Shown here: positions 10,725-23,943 of the stretch, one piece after another
Layout: every line of letters starts with the position of its first letter
Numbering within the stretch: position 1 is the stretch's first letter
Assembly (NCBI GenBank): GCA_040285825.1
Contig: JAUPSS010000003.1
Coordinates: forward strand, 2,232,001 to 2,296,000
Origin: Eukaryota sp. TZLM1-RC
Lineage: Eukaryota > Protista > Metamonada: BaSk clade
Reading direction: 5' to 3'
DNA: 64,000 nucleotides
The notes under the pieces: generated by a model
What the model was told of the DNA's origin: nothing
Databases searched by the model: none
Seen by the model: the letters and a program-made list of their open reading frames with translations, nothing else
Made by a program: the position numbers and the translations under genes

Positions 10725-11504
10725 TCAGATCACACCACCAAATCTCCTATTCCGTTCAGAGTACTCTTTTAAACACTTGTTGAAATCCTCAACACTAAAA
10801 TCTGGCCAACATTTCTTAATAAAGATCAGCTCTGCATAGCAACATTGCCATAATAGAAAGTTGGACAATCGTTGTTCACCTGAAGTTCTTATTAATAAAT
10901 CAACTTCGCTAAACTCATGGTTGTACAACTCATGACTGATTGATTTAACAGAAACTTCTTGCCCTCTTTGTACGACTCTTTTGCAAGCATCGGCTATTTC
11001 CTCCCTGGAGGAGTAGGAAAGAGCTATGCAAACAAGAGTACCAGTATTAGAAGCAGTTTCATGTTCAGCTTCCAATAACATTTCCTGGGTTTCATGTGCG
11101 AAATCCGCCATATGACCAATTGCTTTGAATCGTACGTTTTCTTTGAGGACAGTGGATCTGTCATGTTTCAGGTAATAATCCAACGACTTTAGTAAATGTT
11201 TAACTTCACTTTCAGGACGATTCCAGTTCTCCTTTGAAAATGCGTAAAATGTAACGCACGGAACTTTGAGTTTAACACAGTGATCTATGATCTTACCAAG
11301 GGTACGGGCACCCACTTCGTGACCCTTGATTCTTGGAAATCCTCTTCTTTGGGCCCATCGGCCGTTGCCATCCATGATAAAAGCGATGTGATTGGGAAGA
11401 TTGAATTTGTAAGGAGCTTTTTGAAAGTACCGTTTGATTACTAGTGTAAGGATGTAAAGGAGATAAAATCCAATAAGGAGAAGTGGAGGTATGATGGGAT
11501 TCAT
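10725..11504 (-). CDS. cis-prenyltransferase (UppS-like) with N-terminal membrane anchor
   Basis: HIAFIMDGNGRWA, YAFSKENWNRP, DLLIRTSGEQRLSNFLLWQ, C-terminal RNRRFGG; first ATG at 11504. Confidence 0.92.
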   Translation of the reverse strand: MNPIIPPLLLIGFYLLYILTLVIKRYFQKAPYKFNLPNHIAFIMDGNGRWAQRRGFPRIKGHEVGARTLGKIIDHCVKLKVPCVTFYAFSKENWNRPESEVKHLLKSLDYYLKHDRSTVLKENVRFKAIGHMADFAHETQEMLLEAEHETASNTGTLVCIALSYSSREEIADACKRVVQRGQEVSVKSISHELYNHEFSEVDLLIRTSGEQRLSNFLLWQCCYAELIFIKKCWPDFSVEDFNKCLKEYSERNRRFGGVI

Positions 11505-12149
11505 TCTAACGAATGATGTCCGTAACAATGGTGTAAGTGTCCTTTTCACTACTGCAACGAGTCTGTATGAAAGAATTTAGATTCAAAAATCTTTGACAAT
11601 TTTTGAAGTATTTTACAACAAACTTGCAAATTTTAAAGAGATCGGTCCGGAATTTCCTGAATTGATTGAGGGAAACATATGGTGCACATTCGGGGTGGCA
11701 AATTTTTCAAGCTCAGAAGTTAGTGGGATATTAAGAACAATAAGAAACAGAATAGGAGACAAGACATCGCAGGGGAAAACCCCTAATTTTTGATAAATAG
11801 AAATTTCTTCGATTCTCAACGAAACCGAAGGTTTGAATACATTTACTCAATCAATTCAATGAAATTGATTGGAAATTTACAAAACCTGAGAACAAAATTA
11901 ATCAAGGAGTGTCTAACTGATCCAATTGTATTGGCCACATTCGTAATAATTAATTATAATAATAAATTAATAAATAATGTATTTTGTATTAACTAAATAA
12001 AATTTTGTTCTAGAATTCTATTTGGCAGATTCAATTGCGTTATCAAAAACGAAGTGATGTTGACTACCTCCACTTAAACCAGGTAAATAACCTTTTTGAG
12101 ATTTCAATATTATATTATTAACAATCATATTATATATTTATTTTATCAA

Positions 12150-14475
12150 AAAAGAAACAAAACAAAACAAAACAAATTAAAACACATAAGAAACAAAATT
12201 CTCCACGCCTACTCTTGATGAATCCTTATACAGCTTGGACATCATTAAATTTAAGTACTCTGGAACACTTCTGTACAAAACAAAAATGATACGATTCTTC
12301 CATAAATTCCCTGCAAAATTCTTACCACTTGAACGACATAAATTATCAAAATCATTGAGAAAATTCAAGGCAGATTGTCCAATGTTGCCAAAAATCGAGA
12401 AGGCAAAAGGAACAAACGAAAACTTCGAGTAAAGGTTCTTATTTAAATCATTTTATATCTCAGTATATTTATCTCTTTTACGATATTTCAGCCTTGTTTA
12501 AATGACCATTAGAACTAAGTGAAACATCATCACGATAAATAAAAGCAAAGGCATCAACTGTAGTAAAATCAACAACAACTTGAGAGGAATCCACAAAAGG
12601 AGCAATTAAATCACCTCGACGTGAATTAAACAGATTATTATCGCTAAAATGCTTCAACATCGGATCTACTTTGCAACTAAAATTGTAACACTTAAACATC
12701 TCATATGTCACATCACGCTCGGAATTATGAAGAACTGACCGATATTGAAGAAATTTCTTACAAGTTACAATATGACGGAAATTGGCAGTCGGTTTTTCGT
12801 TACAAATACAATAAAAATTATCCAATAGACCACTTGGATACAGCCCTAATCTCAAACGCATGTTTTGTTTGCTAGCTTCATTTGTTAAATGAAGACCAAA
12901 TGGCCTTGGTTGCTGAGATATTAAACTAGTGCAATTCTGAATGTCTGATAAAAAGGCACCAAAGACGGGATTATTAATCTTAGTCACACTAAGTCGTTTA
13001 GAGAAATGCAGGTCTTCAAAACAAATTAAAACAAACTTCTGTAATTTCACAACAGCAAGATGAAGGTTGGTGAAAGATCTCGAAGGCACAGCAGGCAAAC
13101 TTGAAGGAAAACTCCTATTCCAAACATCAACAGGTAGTTCCTGCACCATGTTTTCAAGAGAAATAAATAAAGGATGCGATTCATTCAAAGGAATATGATC
13201 AAAACGAAGTTTCCACTCAAATAGAAAATTTTTCATACCATCAATGAAAGCACTTTTGCATAAATACTCTGCTCTTGAAAAACTAACTCCAGCAAATTTA
13301 GGACTAAAAAATGCATGATAAGGAATTTTTGATGGACAAACTTCCACTAAATCTTCCAGGAAATTGGTTCTCAGTGTATTAAATTGACGTGCAAAATCAT
13401 GAGAAATTGTAGGAAATAAAGAACGAAGAAGGTGATTAATTTTTGATCCAAAACACACATTCAGGACCGAAAACGCCAAATGCTTGTCAATTTTTAGTTC
13501 TTGAATAGCTAAAAGTTGCTCTTCGATTTTTCCTAGAATACCTGACAAAATCGATTTAACTTTTTCATTATTTCCAAAATAAGAGCCAAGAAACCGAATC
13601 GCATCTGCTTCATAATCAACATATTTGATAAAAGTTTCATTAAATGCTACCTGAACATTCTGATTACCAATAATGAAACACTTGGGCAGTTTAATATCTA
13701 ACCCAATTTGTTGGGACAGAATAACGAAATGTTGTAACCCTTGCTGTAAAAGGGACAAAGGTCCGATAAGTGATAGCACATAAATGAATGTCAGGAAAAT
13801 CCAACTTAAATTTTACTAAAACTGATTGCAGTGCTAAACAAAAGAAAAATGGACCCAGAGGATCCCCTTGTTTGACACCTCTTGACGAAACAATATTCTC
13901 AAAATGGAAAATTAGGTTAGAGGGTGATCCATAGATCAAGTTTAAATATGGCAAAAGAGGGGAATAATGAAGTTCAAATTCTTGTAATATACTTGAGCGA
14001 AAAACCGAGTTGAAAGCATTTTAAAATCAATATTCAGTAAATAATTTTCGCCTTTTTGATTAAAAAGTAAATCTGTACACAATGCAGCACAAGTTGTACC
14101 ATCAGGAATTACAATTGCAAAACGGATAAGGACGAAAGATATTATTGCGGATGACTTAACTCTCTTAATACAAATAATTGCTAACAATCTCATTAATGAC
14201 TCACCAACAGCAATGGGTCTGACACCACCATCAGGTTTACTTAAATCAACTAAACGAAATGCCGTTAATGCTTGAGGTAACCTAAAACGTCCCAAGATAA
14301 CACTATTAAAAAAGAAAACTAAATCATCCGCAATTTCTGGACATATATTGACGGCCGACTTCAAATGATCATAACTAAGTCCAGAAGGCCCAGTTGAACG
14401 ACCAGACGGAAGTCCTTCAATAGCTACACTAACTTCATCAGAAGTAATATGATTAGCAGTGAAATCAATTAACAA
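12150..14475 (-). mobile_element. Degenerate CRE-like non-LTR retrotransposon, family C (RT + RLE)
   Basis: GPSG, KPDGGVRPIAVGE, GVKQGDPLGP, RFLGS, CIC..HIVTC..RSVLHN..RD, RRGD, PFAFSIFG; (AAAAC)n tract at the 3' end ~12150-12180; several frameshifts. Confidence 0.92.
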
Positions 14476-15194
14476 TTAACAATCATATGATTTTATTTTG
14501 ATTTATTTTCTTATAATTTTATGGCAAAGTTTGTCAGGTAGGTGGTGAAAATTTTAGATAAACCTGCTGTAAGAGAAATAAGTCTAAAAGTTTTGACTAT
14601 ATTTGGTTCACCGTCTTCATAAATAAGCTTAAGACCAGCCGTCTGCCAACCAAATTGATAATGTTGTGTCACGATTAATCTGTTGAATGAATAATTAAAT
14701 AATTATTAAGAACAAAAAAAGATTTTTGAACACCAGATGAGACAACTAGTCAAGACCAGCTGCTGATGAAGAATACCTTTTACAAATTATTGTTTTCCAT
14801 TTCTCTTCTTAATATGATTTAGTGGATGCCATACATTGATTTCAAAGTATGTTATCAGCTTAGAGTTTCACGGTAAATTTTGGTAGAAACAATTGCTTTT
14901 TCTTATCATTAACATGTTTCATTGATTTTGAAATGGTACATGTTGAGCAAACAACGCATATGGACTGTAAACTACTGTAATCGTTGATTTTCGAAGCTAA
15001 TTTTTGCAATTAGTTTTGTAAATTTTTATTCAATCATAGCTGAATGAAAAACTGACAATTGTGGTGCAGGCAATGATATTATGCAAATAGTTGATTCACA
15101 GTAGCTTAAGAAGCAAGTGTTTCAGTATTCAGATTGTATTGAGTTATTGTTCTTCTAATTATAATTTTGAATTTATTTATATGATTTATTTATG

Positions 15195-15930
15195 ATTCTG
15201 CTTGTACTTTGAATATGAGACTTTGTTCCTTTATCTGGCCTCATAATATACGTCAAAATTGATTTTGTAAACGTAGTCGATAAATTACGATTACTCATTT
15301 GTTAAATTGTAAACATTTTACTACTTTTAGAAGCAAGGTTCATGATGCTGTAATAGATCAGTTATTTTGTATGTCGAAGTCTCATAGAAATGAATCCTTT
15401 TTTGAAACCTCTGTTGTCAAATCTGTTTGATACTGAAGATGTTTTTCATAGGAATAACAAAAGTGGTGTCACTTTGCCTGGATTAGATGAAATCTTCATA
15501 TTATTGGATGTAATGTCCGTTGATCCTTGTAATGCCTCAGATGAAAGTCTTGTTAATTCTGAAATTCATAATCCTGTTTCAAATGCTGAAAATTTGAAAT
15601 TCAAAAAATACAATGAACTTTTGTCCAAATTGTCCAGCCAACAGCATGCAAAATACAATTTGTATCCATTTGGATTTTCTCTTTTTGGTTCACTTGCACC
15701 AACGGCTTTACGTTTTTTGGATGATTTTGAAATGATTGTAAAGAGAAGAACTAACAAAAATTTCCACAGATTGTTTTGGCGAAATAGAATTGCGGTTTTT
15801 ATTTTTAAGGGGATGTTGAAGATGGTTTCTGATGCTTTGCTTTCTCTTGGATCTCACTATGAGGAAGTTGCATCTAGTGTTTTTGTTTTAAGAGAGATGG
15901 ATTATTTAGATGTTGATTTATGGGATTTGA
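15195..15930 (+). mobile_element. CRE-like 3' fragment, family A
   Basis: RLE motifs DVMSVDP..AE..KKY..YPFGFSLFGS..WRNRI; ends EMDYLDVDL. Confidence 0.88.
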
Positions 15931-16509
15931 ATAAAATTGATAAAAAAATTTATTTATATATGAGTTTTATTTTGTTTGACAAAACTTCTCAAAACTCTTT
16001 AAAACTCAATATAGATATATATTTGAATTATTTGGCTCTTGTGGCTCTTTGAGAGCTCAGCGATGGCTGCCGGTTGCAGTATGATGTAGTGACTTACCAA
16101 ATTGATGACAGCATTATTTTTTTTGGATGCGCAGCTTAATTTATTATATTTATAACATTTATTTATTATGTTTCAGTATTTAGCCCATAAGAATACAATT
16201 AATCAATGTTCTAGACAAACAAAGTAAAACTTGTAACTAATAATCCATTAAGACCCATGTTAAAGTCATGTAGAGTCAAATTCAACTTTTTGCAGGCTTT
16301 CATATAGGCAATCTTTACATTGGATGTTTCTTTACATGTTTGCTTACTATGATCCATTAACAACACTGATTTAACAACATTCATTTTAATTGCTATTGTT
16401 TATCTTTTATGATCAATATATTAAGTTTCAATTAATTCGGTCACTTTCATTACATTTTAAATGCTTAAAGTTTTTAAATTAGCCTTAGACCAAATATTTC
16501 ATTTCAAAC

Positions 16510-17023
16510 TTCGAAGTTTATGTGTTTAATTTCACAATTTGTACAGTATCTAAAACGTGGAGGGCCACTGTTTGATGAATTAAATTTCAGTTTGAGCCAA
16601 AAACGAGGTGACATTCAATGTGCATGGTATGTTGGAACTGAACTAATTCTTGATTGTACTACTGTGTCTCTAGGGAAAGGTGTTCTAATTCTGACAGTCA
16701 AGATTTAATCAAAGTTGTAGATCTGTTCACTAAAATCAAAATACGAAGTTTTTCATCAAAGTTCAAATATGGCAGGAGACAGGAACGTCAAAATTGTCCA
16801 GCTGGCAAATTCAATTTTTGGTATTATTGGAAGTAAAGGTCTAATCGTTTTAGATGATTTAGGAAAACTTCTCAAAGAAAGTGGTCGTACATTTGATTTT
16901 CTGATTTGGAAGAACATAATCGTGTTTTCGTTATTGAAAGATCTTCCTCGTTATATTAACTCCATTTTGAAGAATATTACGGGGTTTTATAATAAGCGAG
17001 TTGATGTAAAAGAAAAATGGTGA
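16510..17023 (+). mobile_element. Degenerate CRE-like RLE fragment (distinct family)
   Basis: KRGD..LILDCTTVS..SIFGIIG..WKNIIVFSLLK. Confidence 0.65.
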
Positions 17024-17774
17024 AGATCTCCCATCATTGAATTAATGGGGTTTTAGTAGGTAAAATTTTTGCATGTTTATTATTAGACTAAATGCTTCCA
17101 CCAGTCAAGGTTTTTGGTTGAGATTTGAAATGTTCCAGGAACGAGCACATCAAAATAAACCCCCACCACAAGTTTTTCCAAAAAGCGAAATTGTAGTTTG
17201 TCAAATGAAATAGGAACCAATTGATAGAAACGGAAGTTCCTAAATTCTCGACTTTTTTCACAACTTCCTAAATTCACAACTTGTCATTTTGACGTGTCAT
17301 CAAACATTCCACAATCGATATGCATCGGTACTTTCTGTTGATATTGCCACCATGACCACAACAACTTACAACAACAACTTCACAATTAGAGACGATCTGC
17401 TCAATTTTCTCCAACAATGCGTTTTAAGAATTTTACACTCAGTACAAGGTCTTCTTCCGAATCCTTTTTATATCTTACATGTGATCAAGGTTGTAGTCCC
17501 CGTCCGTTCTAATACTTCCATAAAGGGAAACATCACAAAGTTCAAAATTTATAAGATTGTTCAGGGAATAACACACGGTAAAATTAAATTAGAACAAAAG
17601 GGACTAAATTCAATCAATTAAGATTTTCTCTATAAAATTCTGATCTGCTTGTTTTCTCGACATTGCTTCTTTTATTCGATAAAAGAACCGAAGTAGTCTA
17701 TCAATTATAACAAATTTAACTTGTGACCGCCACAGAAAGACATCAGTTTACTTCATTTTTGATCTTGAACCAAT

Positions 17775-19125
17775 TTTCCGGGAGAATTCACTCATATTTT
17801 GAGGACTCCCCTCTCGGTATCTCTTATTTATTACAGATCCTGCAACAATTTTCAGGTCACATTTTTTGTATTTATTGGAAGTAAAATAATCTTTAATTCG
17901 AAGTCATTTATTTTGTTCTGCTGATTTGGGTGGAGTTGGTTTCACTAAAGCTTCGATGTTGTGTAAAGCAGCATTTTGGAAGGTGGTGAAAAATTTTGTT
18001 TTTGAATTTTTCCAATGGTTCCCTTAGGTCGTTCATCTAATCCATGGTGAATCAAATTTTCACTTAAATCAGCTTCAATTTGAATTAGATCACTTGCCCA
18101 GTGATATCTGTATTCAGTGTTTTCCTCAGGATGTTCAAGAAAATCCCAACCGTTCACTTCTAAATTTACGTTTTTGCCTGAAAATGCTGCAGCACCATCT
18201 GGTTGAATTATTTGAAAGCTTGGATTATGAAGTAAGATTTGGCTTATCCAAAACTGAAAATCCCACTTTCGGTAATTTTTCAAAGGATATTCGTGATAGA
18301 TCTGCTTCTGCTTTAGTTACTCAAATTCCCTCTGTTTATACACTTCTTTTGAAAAGCAATGAATGGCTTTACAACATACGTTTTCGTTGTTTTCAATAGC
18401 ACAATTTGTCTATTCAGTTAACATGTAAATGTGGTAAATCTCCTTTGTTTACTCATCTTTTGAGATGTAAACATTTTATTACATTTAGAAGTAAGGTACA
18501 TAATAATAATGTCAGGGACCAAATCTATGTAATGTGCAAATCATATCGAGTAGATTCCTTTTTAGAGCCTCTGCTATCAAAATTAATTCTTGGTGACGCG
18601 AATATTGATAGTACGCGTTACAACAGAGCTTCTATGGGTCTGACAAGAGGTGATTTGGTTGTTTCCGGCATAAATGGCTGTTAAACTGCTTTAGACGCCA
18701 TGTCCATAGACCCTTGTTATTCTTCTAACGAACATTTCATTAACTCAAATGTCAATAATCCTCTTCTTGTTGGTGAAAAATATAAAATTGCTAAATACGC
18801 GAAACAAATTTCCTCTGTAAATGAAAATTCTCATACCCATAATATAATTTATGTCCCTTTGTTTTTTCTTTGCTTGGATCTTTAGGTAAGGCTGCTATGG
18901 CTTTCCTCGAATATTTTGATGTAGTTGTAAAAAAAAGAACTGGAAGAATTTTCAATCGTGTTTACTGGCAAAACAGGATTGTATTTTCTATTTTTAAGGG
19001 AATGGTGAAATTAATTCCTGATTCACTCTCTTCCTTTGGTAAATTTTCTGAATCTTTAGTAATTATTTGTTTTAATGTAGTGGAGGACGTTGGTTTTGTT
19101 GGGTTTTGAGGACGTGGAGTTTTAG
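17775..19125 (+). mobile_element. Degenerate CRE-like copy, family B
   Basis: Colinear with 8555-9891, multiple stops and frameshifts. Confidence 0.9.
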
Positions 19126-19312
19126 TTGTGTATTTCATGATTTCATATTCCCTATTAGAAAAATAATTGTGATTTAAAAAAAATCAAGTTGCTTTGATTT
19201 GATTAAGACAAAATGATATTGGGATCCTAACTCAAGTCATTGAACTTCGAACTCAATCCCAGTCATTGAGTCCAGTGACAACACTCAATATCATTAAAAG
19301 CAACTTAAAACC

Positions 19313-19906
19313 ATGAAACTGTTGCTGGCTCTCTTATGTTGCATTTTTATCACAGCCCAATGCTCTTCATGACCTTAATGAGTATATTCTCTCACTGTTT
19401 TTGACACCAGTAATGAACTTAGTTGGGCGAATCCATTTTCAGATACTGAGTGGTTTTATCGACCTTGTTCCTCTACACAATTCAAGTGTGGACCTCATCA
19501 AAATGTTGCTCTCTGTCAAAGGGACGACAATGTAAACCTCCATAGCGCTGGTACATATGACTCACGCAAGGAAAGTATTCTTGATTCTTCCAAGGATGGT
19601 CTTGTAATTTCATATAGTGATGGTGATATTGGATGTGGTGGCATTACCAGAAGCTCTACTGTTCACTGCCTTTGTGATGTCAACGAATTGGGCATTCTAG
19701 AAGATGTTGTGGAAGTTTCTGCTTGCACCTTCAAATTTGTGTTAAAATCAAAGGATTGCTGCTCAGTACCTAAACCTCCTGATCCAGAGGAGCCAGAAGG
19801 TGGCAGATTCCTAAAAACTTATGGTCTTTACTTATCCTTGGGCTACTTTCTGTTTCTGTCGCCTTTTTCCTATTCTTCAAGCAGAAACAACGCAAGTAGG
19901 AAGTGA
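19313..19906 (+). pseudogene. MRH-domain (mannose-6-phosphate receptor/ATG27-like) membrane protein, disrupted
   Basis: One frame from ATG 19313: signal peptide MKLLLALLCCIFITAQC, three clustered stops (tga cct taa tga), then CQ..YSDGDIGC..RSSTVHCLCD..EVSACTFKFVLKSKDCC and a hydrophobic tail. Confidence 0.6.
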
Positions 19907-21079
19907 TTATCTCAATGTAATTACCATATTTGTCTTGTATAAAATTGTTTTAAAAAGCGTTTTAATTTTGTTTGCAATGAAGGTTGGTTGATATAGGTAC
20001 ACCCAAAATCTGTGGTTATGCAAAAGCTGTCAATTCACTTGTGGGAAGTTGGTCCAACCTCTTGCATTTCTTACTGAGCCTCACATTTCGTCCTCTTCTT
20101 CATTGTCAGTTTCAGTAACAGTGTGACATGAAGTAATTGTGATTGGTTGCAGTTCTACTATATGTTATACAAGTTTGGATTTTGCAAGAATTGTACAAAA
20201 TGTTGAAATGAATCATAACAACTTGTTTGTTGTAAACAGGTCTATTATTGACTATGTACGAAAGATTGCTGATTTGGGGAATTGTGAAGCTGATGATAGG
20301 GTTGTTTCCAAACAGTTCAAATATTTGTAGGAAATGAATTCCACTTCAACTGGAATTTTTGTTTTTCAATTTTATATACTTTAAGAGGTTATACCTTTTT
20401 TAGGTACCTACACTTGTCTATTTCTTAGTCAATTCACTCCCCCTGAAGAAACAAAATAGAATTCGAAATTTGTAAATCTAAAGTTGTTTTATGGATGATT
20501 CATCAGTTAATGATTCAGTATTCAGCATCATTTTTTGACACCTTCTTTTGTTGTTTATTATGCAACAAGCAGTCAATTTCATCAAACTCCTGATCAACAA
20601 CAGAATAGTTATCTAAAGCGTATTCTTCGTAATATTTTCAAAGTGATAACAACGGAGTAGAATCGAGGCTGTGTGTTCCCTTGAAAATAGAAAATATATT
20701 TCTATTCTGCCAGAAAGTTTGGTGAAAAAAATTGCCAGTTCTATTCTTACAATTTTAGAAACTACCCGTCAACAGACGTATTTGGAGATAACTGAAATCA
20801 TATATTTTCAGCTAAGAAAATGCCATCTAAGAAGTTGGGCAAAATTACTCAACAAAATTCGATGCAACTTACTTAAATGTGTTTTATCTTCAAATTCTCC
20901 AATTTCAATGTCAGTCAACTGAATCAATAGATCATATATGGAGATGATTTTAAGGTGAGGAAATTTCAGCTATGGTTTTATATATATTATTCAACAAATC
21001 ATTCTATTTGTCTTTATTGCTTTAATGAAAACCTTTCAAATGGTAAAGAAAATACAAAGAATAAAGCATTATCACGGCA

Positions 21080-21456
21080 CTATTGATTATTCACAGGTTT
21101 TTTGGTTGTTCTTGGGTGTCTGGCTCTTTTCTTTTTCTTGAGAGAGCTGAATGAAGCCTTCATAATTGTTGTCAGTGATTGATGGAAGCGATTGTGATCA
21201 CGTTGATAGACTAACGTACTGATCTTTCGACCCGTTTTCCTTCCCATGGTCGCCCTGACCAAACACACACTAACGTTCTGGTCTGTGGGAGTGGTGGTGG
21301 AAACTGTGGTTATGAAGGGTATTGTGCTTTCATACTTCGTTTCATTGTCAACCACACAGACCCCTTCTCCTTCGAATCCGAGTAGAAGTTTGAAAGTTCA
21401 TTAAGAAAGGCATTGTTGGAAAGTCTGGATGAAGGTTCATTCATTGAAGATGACAT
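21080..21456 (-). CDS. SRP14: Signal recognition particle 14 kDa protein; 32-nt intron 21304-21335
   Basis: FLNELSNFY..GSVWLTMKR / CLVRAT..KISTLV..LKKKK joined in frame by a GTATGA..ACAG intron. Confidence 0.92.
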
Positions 21457-22498
21457 TGTGGATTTGGAAGACAAAAATAAGGGTGTTGGTGGAGAAAGAT
21501 TTGGTGAGTGACAAATAGCCAATTTTAAATGAGTTGAAGGTGTGAATCAACCAACCAACACCCTCCCGGCAAACCCTTGAACTAATTGACAATTACATTG
21601 ACCTACACAATACGAAGATTCAAACTTAGGTTGTTTATACATCGTGTTTTAAAAATTGTCAACAGACATTCTAGTTTCTGCTGACAGGATTATAATTCTC
21701 AAAAATGTTGAAACAAAATAAACTATATGCTGATTTGTATCAAAGTCCTCATACTGTATGAGACTGTTGCGTTGTTCTGTTGCTTTAGATCAACTGCTTC
21801 TGTGCCTTTCAGGTTTCTCTTTATTCACTGATTCTATACAATCATAGTAAATGTCACCTTTTTGATTAGAGCCACAACATTTTTCTCACACTCATGTCAT
21901 GACAGTTCTGCTCCTGGCTTTTTATGGTTGCAAAATTCATTCAATACAAATTGTCTTGCCTTATTTAATGTTTTACGGTGCAGTTCAAAACGGCATTATT
22001 TCTGATTGAGTGAAAGCTATCCAGAGTTTGGTACCAGGAAGATTTTTCAAAAACTGAACAAATCCTGATTTTTATCAATACAACAATCGATGAATTTGAT
22101 AACATGTTCGTATACTCATTTTGATGATCACTTGGCACACTGCAAATGGATCACCCCTTACTTCAACACGTTCACAAATTTATGCTGTTTGTCTGCAAAT
22201 TTTCTGTATGAAAATGCATTAAATTATTATCTTGATCCTTTGCAGACCACCATTCAATAGTATATTACATTCTGTTTGTAAGATTGTTCAAACTGTGAAA
22301 CCTTAATGCAACGGCTTGACTATCAAATTGATAAGGATCAAAAACAAATTGTGAACATTTCGGGAAAAAATGAACTATTTGCTGTAAAATTCATGAAACA
22401 TTAATGCCAATCATTGAGTAATAGCAATATTACAACTTTATTTATTAATCACCTCATCAAGAATTAAATCTAAAAACAATAAGAAAAACTTACATAAT

Positions 22499-23632
22499 TT
22501 ATTCCAAATCCGACCCCAGCCCAAAAATAAAACCTCTATCCAACGCATAACCAAAACCATCGCTAGAATCACCAATCAAATCTACAATTTGCTTACGAAG
22601 TTTCATGTTTTCGCTAACCAAGCCCAAGGTTTCGCTTAACAAACCCCTGAGGAGTTCTCTTTCTGAAACAGTTCTTGTGGAAGAGACAAGATATTCATAA
22701 ACTTGATGAATATAAGGAATTTTAGAATTGGATGCTTTTTTTGGTCGTTTAACGGGATTTTGTTTTTCTTGCTTTTGTGCAGGCAAAATTCCGGGTGGAT
22801 ACTCCATTGAATCTAGTTTAAGAGAACCCAGCATTTCTGTTACAGAGTCTTGTTGTGTTGAATCTTCTTGGTGGACAGCTTTGATATTTTCAGAAGCATC
22901 AGATTTTGTATCAGTGATTTCTGAAAAATTGTCATCAGACTTGATTTGTGATTGCTGGTCTGAAAAACTGTTGACGTCATCATTTTGAGTAATCACGTCA
23001 TCATTTTGACCTACTGATGACGTGGACAAACGGTTCACTGATGCAAATGCATTTTGAACCAAAGCAGCGTAATTTGGAACTAACGATGACGTATCGTTTG
23101 GTGCTGATGACGTGTCACTTTTGGTTTGACTATCCCACACTTGCTCCAGACTGGCATTGACCATTGATTGATGTTTCTTCCCCTTTTCGTGAGCTATTCT
23201 ATCATTAAGACTCATGGAGATTTTGCAAACTGGACACCAATGTAGATTATCCAAGGTACTGCCACCTTTGACGTCCAATGGCTTGTTACCTCTATTCTTA
23301 TGTACAAGGCTCTTATAATGGAGAATTGCGTTATGATGGCTTCCCTTGAAGATGCGCAGTGGCGTACACGAAGGACATTTTTGGACACAATTCTGGCAAA
23401 GAGGAAAGTCCTTAGAGCATGCAGGGTCGGGAGAATGTGAACCACAAACCTTGCACGAACCTTGAACTGGTGGGTTAGAGGACCTCACCAGAGTCCAATC
23501 TGGTGATGTTGGAGGGTGTGGCTGTTGTTGTTTGGCGACATTGGATCTATGACGTTGCCCACTTAGATGATTCGGTTTGTCATGCTGTTGAACATAACAG
23601 TCGCAAACTTCACAATGAAAGTCTTCGGGCAT
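22499..23632 (-). CDS. Multi zinc-finger (matrin/U1-like C2H2) protein
   Basis: CEVC..HLSGQRH, CPSC..HYKSLVH, CPVC..HEKGKKH; first ATG 23632. Confidence 0.8.
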   Translation of the reverse strand: MPEDFHCEVCDCYVQQHDKPNHLSGQRHRSNVAKQQQPHPPTSPDWTLVRSSNPPVQGSCKVCGSHSPDPACSKDFPLCQNCVQKCPSCTPLRIFKGSHHNAILHYKSLVHKNRGNKPLDVKGGSTLDNLHWCPVCKISMSLNDRIAHEKGKKHQSMVNASLEQVWDSQTKSDTSSAPNDTSSLVPNYAALVQNAFASVNRLSTSSVGQNDDVITQNDDVNSFSDQQSQIKSDDNFSEITDTKSDASENIKAVHQEDSTQQDSVTEMLGSLKLDSMEYPPGILPAQKQEKQNPVKRPKKASNSKIPYIHQVYEYLVSSTRTVSERELLRGLLSETLGLVSENMKLRKQIVDLIGDSSDGFGYALDRGFIFGLGSDLE

Positions 23633-23721
23633 TAGTGTAATTGCAGATCCATTCAAGGTTGAAAGGGTAGTGATGTTTGCTTAGTATTTTTTTGAAAGAA
23701 ATTCTACATCAACAAACTTAA

Positions 23722-23943
23722 ATGCTGACCTTATTTGTGAATGATCGTCTTGGAAGAAAACTCAAGATCTTGTGTAACTCTGATGACACTATAGGTGATT
23801 TGAAGAAGATTATTGCAGCCAAAACCGGTACACGACCTGAAGCTATTCGACTTCAAAAGTGGTATCAGGTGTACCAGGACCAGATCACACTCGCTGATTA
23901 TGAGATACATACTGGGTTTAACTTTGAGTTGTACTATGTTTAA
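23722..23943 (+). CDS. UBL5: Ubiquitin-like protein 5 (Hub1)
   Basis: [41 protein letters not shown]. Confidence 0.97.
   Translation: MLTLFVNDRLGRKLKILCNSDDTIGDLKKIIAAKTGTRPEAIRLQKWYQVYQDQITLADYEIHTGFNFELYYV

Noticed and set aside
17050-17700. Caspase-like VVVVSCCGHGG motif on the minus strand
   Set aside because: Surrounded by stops, no catalytic Cys motif recognisable; too degraded to call.
19313-19400. Alternative genetic code or stop readthrough to explain in-frame stops here and at 49134-50030
   Set aside because: Conserved genes end in TAA (UBL5, RPS20), TAG (ARPC5, SRP14) and TGA (FIS1) at expected positions and contain no internal stops.
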